Source of the DNA: Tubiluchus corallicola
Taxonomy: Eukaryota; Animalia; Priapulida
Reading direction: 5' to 3'
Length of the DNA stretch: 64,000 bases
Assembly: GCA_030141605.1 (NCBI GenBank)
Contig: JAQGDQ010000871.1
Coordinates: forward strand, 1 to 64,000
The notes under the pieces are model-generated. The model saw only the letters and a list, made by a program, of their open reading frames with translations, was not told where the DNA came from and did no database searches. Shown here piece after piece: positions 26,003-39,088 of the stretch. The stretch's first letter is position 1. The number at the start of each line of letters is the position of its first letter. Made by a program: the position numbers and the translations under genes.

Positions 26003-29000
26003 CTTTCTCCACCAGTCGCCACCCCATCATGCGTTTTCTCTCATTTCTTAGCTTATCCACACTCTTTGCTGTTACAAACCTAGCGCTTGTGTTTTTCTCG
26101 TGATCATTTCACAGACAGAAAGGATTTGATCACTTTAATAGACACGTGTAAACAGATATTTTCTGCCCTGAGTTAAATAGACTTTTCTGAATAGAAGTGC
26201 TTTGCAAGCATATATCAGCCACTCGTTGCATCATGCATCAGCATATATCAAGACCGGGTGGTGTAGCTCAATGATAGCGTGCTCGCTTCCCATCCGAAAG
26301 GTCGCGTGTTCAACTCCCGACCGAGTATACCAAAAAGTCTAGATTTAAAAAATGACACGCTGGTTCTTCGACCAAGCACGCGGATTTATCGAAGCAATAT
26401 GCGGGTAATAATAATCGAGACCACCTTGGAAATAAATATTAAGTTACTAAAGGTGGTATCTGTATTGTTTAGGAAACAATTTGATAATATGCATTTCGTT
26501 GTGCTATAATTAAGGTTTTTTTAGACTTAGGCTGAGCAGAAAGTGGTAGTATCTTAGGGAGGTGCTGCCATCTTTTGGTTGTTTGCCTGTAAAATAATTT
26601 ACCTATTTCTTAAGCTGTTTACTGTACTATCTATTTACATACCATTTACTGGGTTTCAACTAAAGTTAACGAGGTGTAACAGGAGTCCTGGCTATTGTAT
26701 GTTGGGCAATAGTAGTTCAGGTTTCAAATTTCATAATGTAGTTTGTTAAGGTATGTCTGCTTCAAATTATATTTTGTGGTTTTTTGATTTACCGAAGTTA
26801 GTGCTTTAAAATTAATTTTTGTTGTAGTGTGTTAAACCTAAGTGAATTATTAAGTTCTAAATGTTGCTTTTTACTTTTATTATTTCAGACTGCAATTTAT
26901 GTTGAAACCCACCCACCCCGCTCAACACCGCCTTCACTTCTTGATAAAGGAAATCAACCTGTACCAAAGTGTTCATCATTTTTTATTGAGGTTATGGGTT
27001 ACAACATGCAGACAGACAAACTGGACAAAACAGTATCCCTGAACTATGTCCTAAACGAAATTATTATTGTTAAAAATGCTTTCACGCCCCACGTTGCGTT
27101 CATTACACAAATAACTGGAATGGATAGCCTTCAAAGCACTTGACTATTAAACTGTTCTATACTTCAGGTACAGGTACAATTGTTTACAAGACAATGATTT
27201 TCCTGTTCACCTAAAGCTATTGCTGGGTAATCATTAAATATTAGAAAAGACAATTTCCTTGGGCCATTAGATTTCAATGGGAAAATTTTGTTCATATTTA
27301 GTTCTAAAAATAAGTCAAATAATACTTTACTGTCAGAAATACTATCAGATCATCATCATCATCATCGTCATCGTCGTCGTCGTTATCATCATCATCATCA
27401 TCCTCGTAGTCATTATAATCTCTTGTGTTATATGAGTATATACACTAATGGTCTGTTGATTCCTGCGCAAAATGTGGTAATTATGTATGCTCTTTGTTTT
27501 CGTCTGGGACTACGCATTCATGTATAAACAAATATCTCGAATTTAAAAATGTTTGCACTAAAAACTTTGAAAACCTGCTTACTTTCCACGCGCTTTTTCA
27601 CTTAGTTAATAACTACTGTGATATACATAATATGTCTTCAAAGTGACTGCCTTTCCAAGAACTGCAGGTTGTAGAGAAGCTAAATTCAGTACATGGCTGT
27701 ATTTAACTTCAAACTTACAACCATTTTCATATTCATTTCTGTAATTCGTTGAGTAGCAGCTGTAAACCAAAGCGCGTATAAAGATCTGCCATTTCCAACA
27801 ATTAGAAGTAATTTTTACGCAATAAACAGCAGCTTACTGAGATAAAAACGTTCTGAACAACATACCCAATATCAATGGTCCAAAGAAGAGGAAAGGAGTT
27901 TCAAACAAAACGTAAGCCGAGTAAAAGTCTGTAAAGCGCTCTGCTCCAGCCAAGTCTCTAAGCATAACAGTGGTGGGGGAAGAAACTAAACCAGACATTG
28001 CGCCAGATACAATCGTTACAATGTACAGTTGTGCGTAGTTGTGGGCAACGAAGAACAACAGCACCACTAAACCAGTTAAGAAAGCAAGGAGGCAGTAACC
28101 GTACTGACGCACGTACACATTGCGGAACCATCTATAGTCCCAAACCGGACTTACCAGGAGCAAAGTTGCCGAGTATATTGCAGAATTTAACGACACCATT
28201 GTGGCTTCATTTACGTCACTTCCTGCCACCTCTATAGACTTGAAGGGCAAATATACTGGGACGTTTATCAACGCAAAGTCCAGTAAGCTGACCACTAGAA
28301 GGAAGATCCATAAACGGACATCCTTTAACACACTCCAGTCAAACTTAGCGCTCTTGTTGCTCTTCTTAGCTTCCTTCTCGATACTTACGCTTGCATCATT
28401 ATCTTCGACATTAGCATATGTGGACATATCTACCAAATTAACTCTGCTACTAGGTGAAACATAGTGGGTGTAGTTTGCGCTTTCTTCAGTCAGTAATTCA
28501 TCCTCTTGCAAGTGCGATTCGAGAATTGAGTGATCAGCAGATATTGAGCGTGTTGACGGAAGTTCAAATTTCACTTGGCTTTTTATACCCGTACTGTTGT
28601 TGTTTGCATCAATGTCTTCGTCATTATCATACACGGACATATCTACCAAATTAACTCTGCTACTAGGAGAAACAGAGTGAGCGTAGTTCGCACTTTCTTC
28701 AGCCAGTAGTTCAGCTTGTTGCAAGTGCGATTCGAGGCTTGAATGATCAGTAGATGTTGACTGAATTTCAAGTTTCACTTGGTTATTTGTATCCGCGTAG
28801 CTTGTACTTGTTTTATCTTCCTCTAGAGCGTTGTTCTCAAATAACTCCTCAGAACTTTTAAGAGGTCTGTACAACATTCCACAAGGCACGGCATTCAGTA
28901 TTACAGCACTGCTGATAAGCATTGCACCACTGTACCCGTATTCTTTGACTAGATAATTGAGGAGATAGCTGAACGGTATTGTTCCTAGGCCAACTCCACT

Positions 29001-32000
29001 CCAGACTATTCCCGTAGCGAATGCCAAGCGCTTGTCAAAGTATTCGTTAACCATTGCAAACCCGGCCATTGTTACAAAAGAGCTCGAACAACCTGCAAAT
29101 AAACATAACATAATAACAGTAATGGTGATGATGTGACGACGACGATGACAATAATGATGATGAGCGTGATGATACAGTTTACAGCTTATAGTTACAGTTT
29201 ACATTACTTAACGTCGGTTTGTAATACAAAGAACATTAGCCGGTAAAGACTATTTTCCGACACAAAACCCTAGTATTCGATGATGATGGTTATGAAAGGT
29301 AAAATGGCTTAGATAGAAATGAATTTTTTCCCCCGCTCCTAAAATTTCTAGTGGTCATTGCAACAAACATTATGTAAATCGACCTGTATCGTCAGTGGCT
29401 CAACATTCGTTTGCCAATAGAAATGCTAAATACTGGAATTCCCTTCCTGAACATGTAAATGGGTCTCCACTGATAAATGCCGCCTCAAGTAAATTATTTA
29501 GTCAAAGATTAATGAAAATTGACTTTTTGATACATCTGTATTTCTGCAGACATTTACAAGTAGTAAATTACCTTTTTGTGTCTCTCCCGTATCCATTTTA
29601 ACCTGTCTTGTTTATCATTGTACATATTTTATTGTATTTACGCATTTGAATTTTGTTGTATGTATGGACACTTTAGTAAAAAAAATAAATAAATAAATAG
29701 CGCCGATATAGCATATGTAAGAAGTCAAGAACAATGGCCTACAATATATTCTTTATAGAAATCGTAGCCAGAAATTATTGGGCACTTCAGTCAGTGACAT
29801 CAGCAACAGGAGAAATTTTGTAGACTCCAGAAAACCAAAAACTACTGCAGCTTGTTTATATAATGTCATAGTCAGACTAAATGGCTTCTTCATGCCAAAG
29901 TGCGGCAAGTATTGGTATTCATACTTGGCGTTCATAAATAGAAAATCAGTTGCAATTTAATGAATTTGTTGCAGTATTTTTTTAATATGATTATTAAAAG
30001 TACCCCGTTTAAGACTCATCATGTAACAAAAATGCTGCAATATGTGACAAATCCTAATATTGTCATTAAGTAACAAATTTTTGCGTCATTGTATAACAGT
30101 TATAATGTAACACGGTTGATGGATAGTAACATGGTTGGGCCTTGTCAGTGTCGTGGTTTAGGTATTGGACTGGATCACATTTTGTGTGTTCTAAATGATC
30201 TTGACACTATATAAAGATGCACAACAAAAGCACAAGGTGAATTGTTGTTGTTGTATAATTTGTTTGACCGGTCATTTGATGACATGTTCTCTTCTCAAGG
30301 ACGGCAGGTTCATTTTTGGCGGGGGAGAGAAGAATTGCCATTTTTTGCGTCGGTTGTTAGGCAAGCTTCGTAATTTGCATAGAGTTTTAATTGGAACACA
30401 CGGAGGATATTTGTTTGAAGGAAATTACCAACCACTTTGAGAAAAACCTTGAGTCCATTTTCCAGTTGCTCGCGTTGAAACCTGTAGGTATTGGTTCCAT
30501 TTTGTTTTTTATTGTTATTTTAGATTTAAATCAATACATAAAGTACTATATAAGTACTATATATAAAAGCAAACAAGTAATGCGGATTATAAAACTATAT
30601 ACAAGTGTATATATGTATACTTTGTATCAGCGTCCAAACAAAAAAGATTGGGTTTGTGTGAGACCAGCCAGACAAGATCTCCGACAGATTAGACCTCAGA
30701 CAGGCCAGAACATCTGACAGGACCAGAGTCTTCAGACAGGTAAGACCTTAGGCAAATCAGTCACAGACAAGACCGGACCGAGCTGAAGCCTAACCCTCAT
30801 ATAGAACTGGAAAAAACTGACCGTGACATGGCGTAGCCATAGAACATGACCAACCATACCTAGACTTGTTAAATGTAAAATATTTTACATAATGACTAAT
30901 TTCATATATTGCATAATGGTACCGTGTTAAATAATGACCCTTTTGTTACATAATTGGCTTAACATTGATACAGGCTCCACAGCAGCCCCATGTTTAGTGG
31001 ACAAAGTTACAAAATTTGTTTTAAGTTGATTTCAAACTTTGCACAAATTCGTGGTTGGGCTGCTTACCAAAAACGATTCCATAGAAAACGTACAGCAACC
31101 ATAGTGAACTGCGGGAAAGGAAACAAAATGCAACACCCAATGAAGACACGACGGCAGCCGTTACGGTTATGCGCTTTCCGGTGAATTTTTTCAGCAGAGC
31201 TGAAGCCATGGGACCTGAAAAGTACAAAACATTTACTACTGTACTTACAATGATTGATTGAAAGTTAAATATAGCGGTATTACCAGGCCACATTTTTTGC
31301 TAAAGTTGTTGCCAATGGGTTGGCCTCGTCTAATGATATAATTAACAATTCTTAAATTAAAAATGTAGCCAGCACCCACTTAAGAAAAGACATGGCTTTA
31401 GTTCCGGTACAAACATCTGCAACGTTTCGACATGGTTATCTGTCATGCTCACACAATATACTAAATAAAAACACCGTATAAAATATATACAAAAATCAAT
31501 ACTCACACAAGCAAACCAGTTCCTGATGTAGATCTACAACCCAAATTTATTCAATTCAGAACAGTAAACAGACCGTGAGTACAGAAGATGCCAGATTTTG
31601 CTACTTAATGTAGAAAGGGAAAAAGTAATGTTTGCTGGTGATAGTGTTGATTTTTGTATGTATTTTTACACTGTATTTATATTCAGGTGGTTGTTGCTTA
31701 AACTTGACATGTAATCATGTCTAAACGTTGCTGATGCTATACCTGAATGAAAGCCATATCCATACTTAAGTGGGTGCTGACTGTCATTTTTATTTTAAGA
31801 ATTTGTTTTCCCATCACAAATCAGTTAATCATTCTTCTTTAAAAGTGCCATTCCATCTGTTGAAGACATTGAGGCACTAACATTTATTAGAGTATTCCAC
31901 CCACGTCTATCATCAACTAACAGCACAAGTTCTTCTACTCCTAAAGCAAGATTTGGTTGAAGTTGTTGATCATCTTTACTTATCTTAGCTATCCAAGTTG

Positions 32001-32529
32001 TTTTTGGTTTGCCAGGTGGTTTTTGCAAGGTTTTTAAGGCGATTCTTACTGGTGTTTCACTTGGTAATCTAAGGTGTCCTGGTCATCTTAATCTTCGGGG
32101 CTTGACTTTTGAACTCCAAGGAATTTCTTTCATTCTAGTGTATAAATTTTCATTTTTGATTATGTATGGCCATCTTATCTCTTTAAAATTTTCCTTAGAA
32201 GACTTCTGTGAAACGTGCCAATCTGCTTTTCTTGAGAAATGGTTAAACCCAATAGTTAAACAGTGTTTCAGTTTTAAATAGTCATTAAAAATACCCAATG
32301 CTGCCATCATTGCCGAGCAAAGCCCAGCAGCGCCCCCTATCAGAGCAACATCATAACCACTTCTGTCCAGCATGTCAACCATTAAGATACCATAGCAGGC
32401 GAGAAAGCCCCAATGGAGGGCGAGATTTGTTCCAGCTGCTATGGCTACCACCCAACCCCAACCGCGATCTAATGCGGCTTGCCTATTGTCTTTATCTGTT
32501 TCTCCACTGGTTGATGAGAGTGTATCCAT
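25735..32529 (-). CDS. SLC16/monocarboxylate-transporter-like MFS protein (about 580 aa)
   Basis: Exons 32295-32529, 31068-31214, 27866-29092, 25735-25868, all phase-1 GT-AG introns. Motifs DRGWGWVV (TM1), GPMASALLKKF, YFDKRLAFATG, LNAVPCGMLYRP, a long central loop, FDWSVLK, and last exon GITYDVKENTTMPYTTMG. Confidence 0.9.
25911..26008. repeat. (CT)n microsatellite
   Basis: About 87 bp of pure TC, about 40 bp from the last MCT exon acceptor. Confidence 0.98.
26255..26400 (+). mobile_element. tRNA-derived SINE with Meta-domain-like core
   Basis: A-box GTAGCTCAATGATAG, B-box GTTCAACTCC, then ATACCAAAAAGTCTAGATTTAAAAAATGACAC..TTCTTCGACCAAGCACGCGGATTTA. This resembles the MetaSINE central domain. 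The acceptor stem is not intact, so it is not a tRNA gene. Confidence 0.65.
29270..29700 (+). mobile_element. CR1-type LINE 3' end
   Basis: SGH..K.YV..., HSFANRNAKYWNSLP (FFxNRVVxxWNSLP motif), (AAAT)n tail at about 29680-29698. Confidence 0.7.
31344..31807. repeat. Long inverted repeat (about 175-bp arms) with hammerhead-like core, possibly Penelope pLTR relics
   Basis: Arm 31344-31516 is the imperfect reverse complement of 31630-31807 (e.g. AGCACCCACTTAAG / CTTAAGTGGGTGCT). Confidence 0.8.
31825..32210 (-). mobile_element. RTE-clade LINE 3' fragment
   Basis: IRWPYIIKNENLY...VKPRRLR*PGHL.RLP.ETP...KPPGKPKTTW....DRRGW, the typical RTE ORF C-terminus (RRLRWxGH ... GRPxxTW ... DRxxW). Confidence 0.75.
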
Positions 32530-33129
32530 GATGCAATGTTGAAGCTTTTTATGGCCGTTTCTCACGTTTTTAATTGCACGTACTTGGCGTTATGCTGAAA
32601 AATTCGCTGTCAGTGTCTCAGAACCTGTAAAATTTCACACCTCTTTTGTACATAAACACGAGTAATTTGTATCATTCACATAGCTATCACATAATGTACC
32701 AATGCGGGACCAGTAAACTAGGTTTATGCGAGTATAGCCGCCGTCTAACCTCTAACAAACACACGTTATTTACCTTCACAGCCATGAGATAAAATTACTA
32801 AATAAGTATTTACCTATGATGATTGTCATTGCATTGATATTAAGCATAAATATATTGGATACCTGTGACTGAAGTCGATTATTTCTTCGCGTATCTATTA
32901 GTTGAGGTTTTTTCTACAAACTTTTGCTTTCGTACGATTTTTCTTTCTTTCTGTTAAAAATAATAAACAGAACAAAAAACAGCCAGGGCTACTTACAGGT
33001 ACTTGTTAAAAGATAAATGATTATTTATAGTTAAAAACAACAGCTTAGCTGCTGCTGTAATCATCAGTGGTAAATTTACAAACATACTAAAAAATTATAT
33101 AGGCAGAGCTTATAATGCACTAATTAAGT

Positions 33130-33365
33130 CGTTTAAAACAGAAGCCAAATAGGTAATGAATATGTGATTATGTTTGCATCTTTTAAACGTTTTTCAAAAA
33201 GTTTGCTACTCTGAGCACGAACCAAGGGGACACCACCGACAGACTCAAGGAGTTGATTCCAGATTCTAATTATTCTGTTTGAGAAAAAGTTGTTAAAACA
33301 ATTAAGTCGGCAGTGAGTGGGCTGTAACTTCAAGCAGTGATATCCTTGCTAAATTTGGTAAATTA
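33130..33365 (-). mobile_element. CR1-type LINE 3' end
   Basis: CRLNCFNNFFSNRIIRIWNQL..SSKLFEKRL; same class as 29270-29700 in the opposite orientation. Confidence 0.65.
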
Positions 33366-34473
33366 TTTTGCTAAAGATAAAATTCTAATCAAGTATCAAG
33401 ATTAGACAGGCTTCCAAGATTGCACCTAACATAAAGCCTGCGAGCGAAGCGCCGCCGAAGATTTTCAATTTAATCAAGATTTTTTAGTAAACAAGAGTTC
33501 CAAGTTGGAATACGATACTCCACTAAAGGGCTAACATAAGTTTTGTAGGCAATTTGTAAACTATACTTAATAAAAACGGCGAACATTCGAAGAGGATGAA
33601 GATTTTGAAAAGTCACCCCTAACGTATCACAAACCTTATTATAAGCACCGAGTGCCTGTTGATTATGGTGTCAGTCTTGTGCTCAGCTCTTTCTTTCGGC
33701 CATGCTGTGCGGATTGGTGCTGTGCTGAGAAGCAACTGTCGTAGTTTCATCTTTTACTTTTGTTAGAAGCCTCAGCCCAACTCGCTGCAAGTCTGTATGC
33801 TGCTTTTGCTCTTTTCTTTTTGTCGTTTGGGTATGCTTTGTGAAAAAAAATGCGAAGGCTCTTTTAATTCGTAACGGATACCCGTGAAACTTCGCGCGAT
33901 TTGGGGAGGACACCAATTTCGAAAAAAAGCGAACGGTTCCGCCAATATGCATCGTCATGGAATGTATAGAAATCAACCAGAACGAATTCCACATCGAGTG
34001 ATAGAGTGAATTTTTGTGCTGCCATCTTGAATTCCAGCGGGCGCCAAAAATGGGGAATAAATCAGTTTTTAAGCATATCTCATGCCGCATGACACCTGAC
34101 CTTTGTTACTAGCATGACAAATTTGGTCAACTTAAGTAATATTATTTGTGAAATATTAAAAAACTGCATCTTAGGAAATGCATTATACAGCTTCAAAAAT
34201 AGCATATCCCGGATCCTTGTTTGGGGTATGCGAAATCTTCATTGCCGCAAATTTCTATACAAAATCTGTCTCGCCTCGAATTCTATTTTTCATAGGAAAT
34301 CCAAGAAACTGCCACTTGAATCTCCATTGCGATGGCTTTGCACAATCGTTTTAAAGAAGACACATTCGTACAATTTTTATGTTAAATATGGCAAAATGGC
34401 AAGCAGTGGAAATGATATACTAACGAAGCGCACCGCTATCTATATGTGCATTGCAACATATCTAATAGCATCC

Positions 34474-34765
34474 ACTGACGAAACGTACTTCTGGCGAACT
34501 GAAACATTTTGTTGAAGGAATAAGGTAATGACATAGCAGAGAAATTTTACTGGCGAGCCTACAACTGACGAAATGTGCACTGGCGAACTGTACCACTGGC
34601 GAAATGTACCACTGGCAATATGTAGCACGGGCAAAATTTGAATTGGCAAGAGGTGCACTCCATTGACGAAATGTGTACTACCGAAATGTACCACAGACAG
34701 AATGTTAACTGGCGGCAATTGCCACTGGGAAATGTACCGCTGGTAAAGTGTCAATTGGTGAAGTG
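34474..34765. repeat. Degenerate 16-bp minisatellite (ACTGGCGAAATGTACC)
   Basis: More than ten diverged copies are visible. Confidence 0.75.
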
Positions 34766-37700
34766 GGTAGATACCTAATGAAATAAGGCAGTATTTATAC
34801 TTTTTTTTAAATGCAGTCTTAACACTGAGGTAAGGTAATTGAACAAAAGTACAGTTTTTCGACTGTTGCACAGGAGGTCGTTTACACGTTTGCTAATTTT
34901 TAGGCACTCTTCGTCGCTGTCACGAACACCTGTTCAGACCCCTCCACCAGAAATTATGTAACAACAGCTAGTAGTAGAACGCTCAAAAAGATTATCAAAC
35001 ACCTTCAACCGGACTCTGCACTCCTAAGTACTACACTTCCTTTTTTCCAAATACATTTAATTCTACTATACGTCATATATAACGTGGAATATATCGAAAT
35101 GCTGGCAACGACTGAGTTTGTGATATTTCTTATTCAGACATGATAACATATAGAGCGTAGCGCAAAACTCATTGTACCCTGAAAAATTTCTAATCTATAT
35201 TTAAATTTATTTGAGATACAATTTTATTTTTACTAGCATGGAATAAAAGTCTATCACAGATTGTTTACTATCTTTGCAGTGTTTTGTTATTCTAGGCGGC
35301 ACAAAAGTTCTTTACACGAAAAAATAAATTTGCTGTTACTAAATTCGTTTGTATATAAAGCCAAATTAATTAAATATGATTGTTGCACATCAGGAAAATA
35401 AAAAGGTTCTGCACGTATTGCAAAAATTTAATAACTGTACATTTACATACACAGTAGTGTAGTTGTGTAGACTATTACAGCTGTTGCAGGTACAAATGTT
35501 TGCTCCATTACTCCTTCCCAAGGTTGTATATGCAATAAAAGACACAATATGTTAGACTTGTATTACGAGCTAGACTCCTTTTCTACTTTTACATTGTCAT
35601 AACATGCTGTTTATTCCCCCCCCCTGAAAGTTTGATGAGAAATAGAGTAATGATGGTATTATCAATAATAATAATTAATATGACAACCACGTTATTGATT
35701 AAACCTGAAAACCAGTATTATAAATGGTTCAGTTGCCCTTTAAACCCAAGATTTAGGAATTTAAGTTCTGCGGGTTGGTTTGTAGCATTCATTTTTGTGC
35801 GCCATATGAAGCCGTCTGATCAACCTGTGAATGCGGAGAGGTGACCCAGAAAACTCGTCACGATACAGGTGTACAAGGTAGAAAACAGTCGAGCTTTGGT
35901 ATTGGACCTGAAAACATTACATAGGTCAGATTTTCGTAATGGCAGTTTTGCTGAACTTTTGAATGAAAATGTTTATCCATTTTACTACTTTTGATTGCTG
36001 CTGTCATAATGGATGGGTGAGGATTTTGGACAGTTAATGGCGTCCCAAGCACCTGATGTTATGGTGAGGGTATTTGTGGGTCTGATGAATACCTGTTGAG
36101 CGATAGACGAGAACTGGACCTTCCAGTGCAGTTTTCTTGCTTTTTGAGGACAGCAAGAGGTATATAGAGCTTCAGACTATCCCACGGGATCCCGATCTTT
36201 AAGTTGACTTATTCTTTGCCTTACTATGCAGCGTGTCATGGGTACAGATGGATTAATGGTATTCACAGTTGGTAAATGTTCAATATAAACATGATCCTAC
36301 CCGAGTTGAAGTCATGCCGGACATTGAAATTATGCATGATGTTAGTAAGGAAATGTTTCCTGGATGCTGCAGATTTACACGTGACGTCACAGCCCTGAAT
36401 GCTATTTTTAACTCGTTAACTTGCTAGCATTTCTCCTGGGGTGGCTGATAGTTACGGTAAGCCCTTACACGAACATTTTGTTACTGTTAGTTCCAATGGA
36501 AATATTGCCAAGTCGTTATAATATGTTTAATTATGAACTCTATTTTTGGGGGCTATTGCTTAGTTTTGCTTACGATTTTGCCCAATAAATTTTTCTCATA
36601 TTTTTGCCAATGTTTTGTTTCGATATACTGTGCTTTAATGACGTATTTCGTCGTTTCGATTTTCGTGCCTAATGCTTTGTCATTAAATTTGATTACAGCA
36701 TACTATGATTATTACTGTTGCATCATTGTCACGTTGCATTTAATTCAATTAACCGACAAAAACAGAATCCCACAAGAACCAATACCATCTTGAAGTGGTA
36801 GCGCCCCAAGTAGACTACCCTTGCTGCGAAGCCACTGTCTGGAGTTTGTGGGCAGATCTGTCTTTAAAGTAAAATTTCATGTATACTTTTTGCTCGGTCA
36901 AGAGCTCTCCAATGACTACCTGACATCTAGTCAGGCCTGCTCCATCTGTACTAGTCATAACAATTGTATAGGCAAAACTTGTTTATCCTGTGACTAAGCT
37001 CCAACTGGCCGACCTTCACTGACATTCTGGAATTTCTGGACTCAATATTAAACCAACAATGTATGTATGTATTCTAGCTTTCTAGTCTAGTGAAGTATTT
37101 CAGTACTTTACTAGAGCAAATTTGTTTTTTTGCAGAATAAACAACTTAGCTATGGAAACGCAACATTGGTTTGAGTGTGTACATTACAACAACTTTTACA
37201 CACACAAGCTCGAAGCAAGTATTTAATAACAGTATCACGAAACCGTGAATCTTCTCAGTCTAGTCACGTTCTGAGTACTGACATTTACAATTGTAATTGA
37301 ATGATATATGCGCATGAGCACTTTCCTGTAACATTTTCTCAAAACGATCGCTAATTGACGTTCTGCTGAGATTGTTGTGTCTCAAAAATCTCAATAGCGA
37401 TCATGTCACTAATGATAATGATAATTTATTCCATTCACTTGGAGCTGCACTGGCAAAAGCATGTCACCGTACCAAACGCTGATTCTTCGACTATTAGTGA
37501 CACCTAGTGTAAAAGTATCCGAAGATCTTATTAAAGAACATCTAGGCACATAAAAATTTACTAGATTAGCCAGATAAAACGGACCAGGCCAGACAAAGAT
37601 TTAAAAGTAACCAGCAATAGCAAAGGAGCGCGTTGTTTGACAGGGAGCCAGTGCAACTACATTAGGAGAAATATGATGAAAACGCCTAGTTTAAGTAACA

Positions 37701-38027
37701 ATTCTAGTAGCCGGTATTCTGAAGACGCTACAAATGATCAAGTTCATGAATATTAAGGTATAAAAATGTTTAGTACTTTAAAGTTCAGCTGGTTTACTCT
37801 CTAGATTATATTGTAAGACAATCTAATTTTGCATTTTGTTAAACCGCAATTCTTTATTGTCCTTTGAGATACACTTATCCATAAATACGGAAAAAAGGAA
37901 TTTTTCGGTTTTTAGTTGGTTTAAATGGTCATTATTCTGAGTATCTTAACAGAGGAGGTGAGAATGATGCGCTGCATATAATCGATTAACTAATTCAGCC
38001 AACTGATACACTTCACTCACTGCCTGA

Positions 38028-38843
38028 ATGAGAAGAGAGATGTTAGCAGGCGAACAAAAATGGCGTGCAGCATTGGTTATCGTGTTGCTACTAGCTACTT
38101 TTTCCTATATTGAGTATGCGTTTTATGAAACTTGGGAGAGTAGTATGTCTGAAACAAGTCCTCATAAACTTTATTCATCACATCGTAGGAAAGTATTATT
38201 ATTTATTGGCATTATGAGTGCGCCGTTCCGCAGGGACAGACGTGACGTCATCCGTTCAACATGGCTGAAGTGGTGTAACAGTTTCAATGACGTCGTCTGC
38301 CTCTTTTTTACTGATGGACAAGACAGGTTTGGAAATAAGTTGGAAAATGTGAGCCTAAACATTCTACTCGACGAGGCAAATTCTTACGGTAATGACTTGG
38401 TATTAGCAGAGACGCCTGGTGGTATGAATTTTGGCAGACGATTGGTGTGGATGATGGATTTTGCTTCAAAAAGATACGAGTTTAAATACTTCCTGCGTCT
38501 GGATGATGATGCATTTCTCTGCTTGCAAAGGCTAAGGGCTGAGTTGAAAATGCTTTCCGCGAAAAGGGTAAATTGGGGCTACAGACATTGCGAAAACCGT
38601 AGGAAAGGTATGTAAATGAAGCCAGGAGACATTTACAGACTGAGTAATTAACTAAAGCATTGTTGTTTTCTAATAACTCTGTTATCGAAGCAGTGCTTGT
38701 ATATCGTTTATAATGTAATTGTGTGTTATTATACGATGGACTGCATAATGCATAACCACATTTCTCTTACGTATGCGTTAGCGTAATACTATGTGTGATT
38801 GTTTGTTAGTGTTTTCCATCTTTTCTCTCCCTCGTTCATTCAG

Positions 38844-38897
<54 letters not shown>

Positions 38898-38920
38898 CTC
38901 TCTCTCTCTCTCTCTCTCTC

Positions 38921-38957
<37 letters not shown>

Positions 38958-38994
38958 CTCTCTCTCTACCTCTCTCTCTCTACCTCTCTCTCTA

Positions 38995-39088
<94 letters not shown>

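Noticed and set aside
26255-26325. tRNA gene
   Set aside because: A/B boxes are present but the cloverleaf is not intact and the sequence runs into a SINE body.
33683-36500. ORFs of 130-140 aa and other coding-looking stretches
   Set aside because: No recognisable domain or consistent splice structure; partly explained by the 16-bp repeat and probable TE debris.
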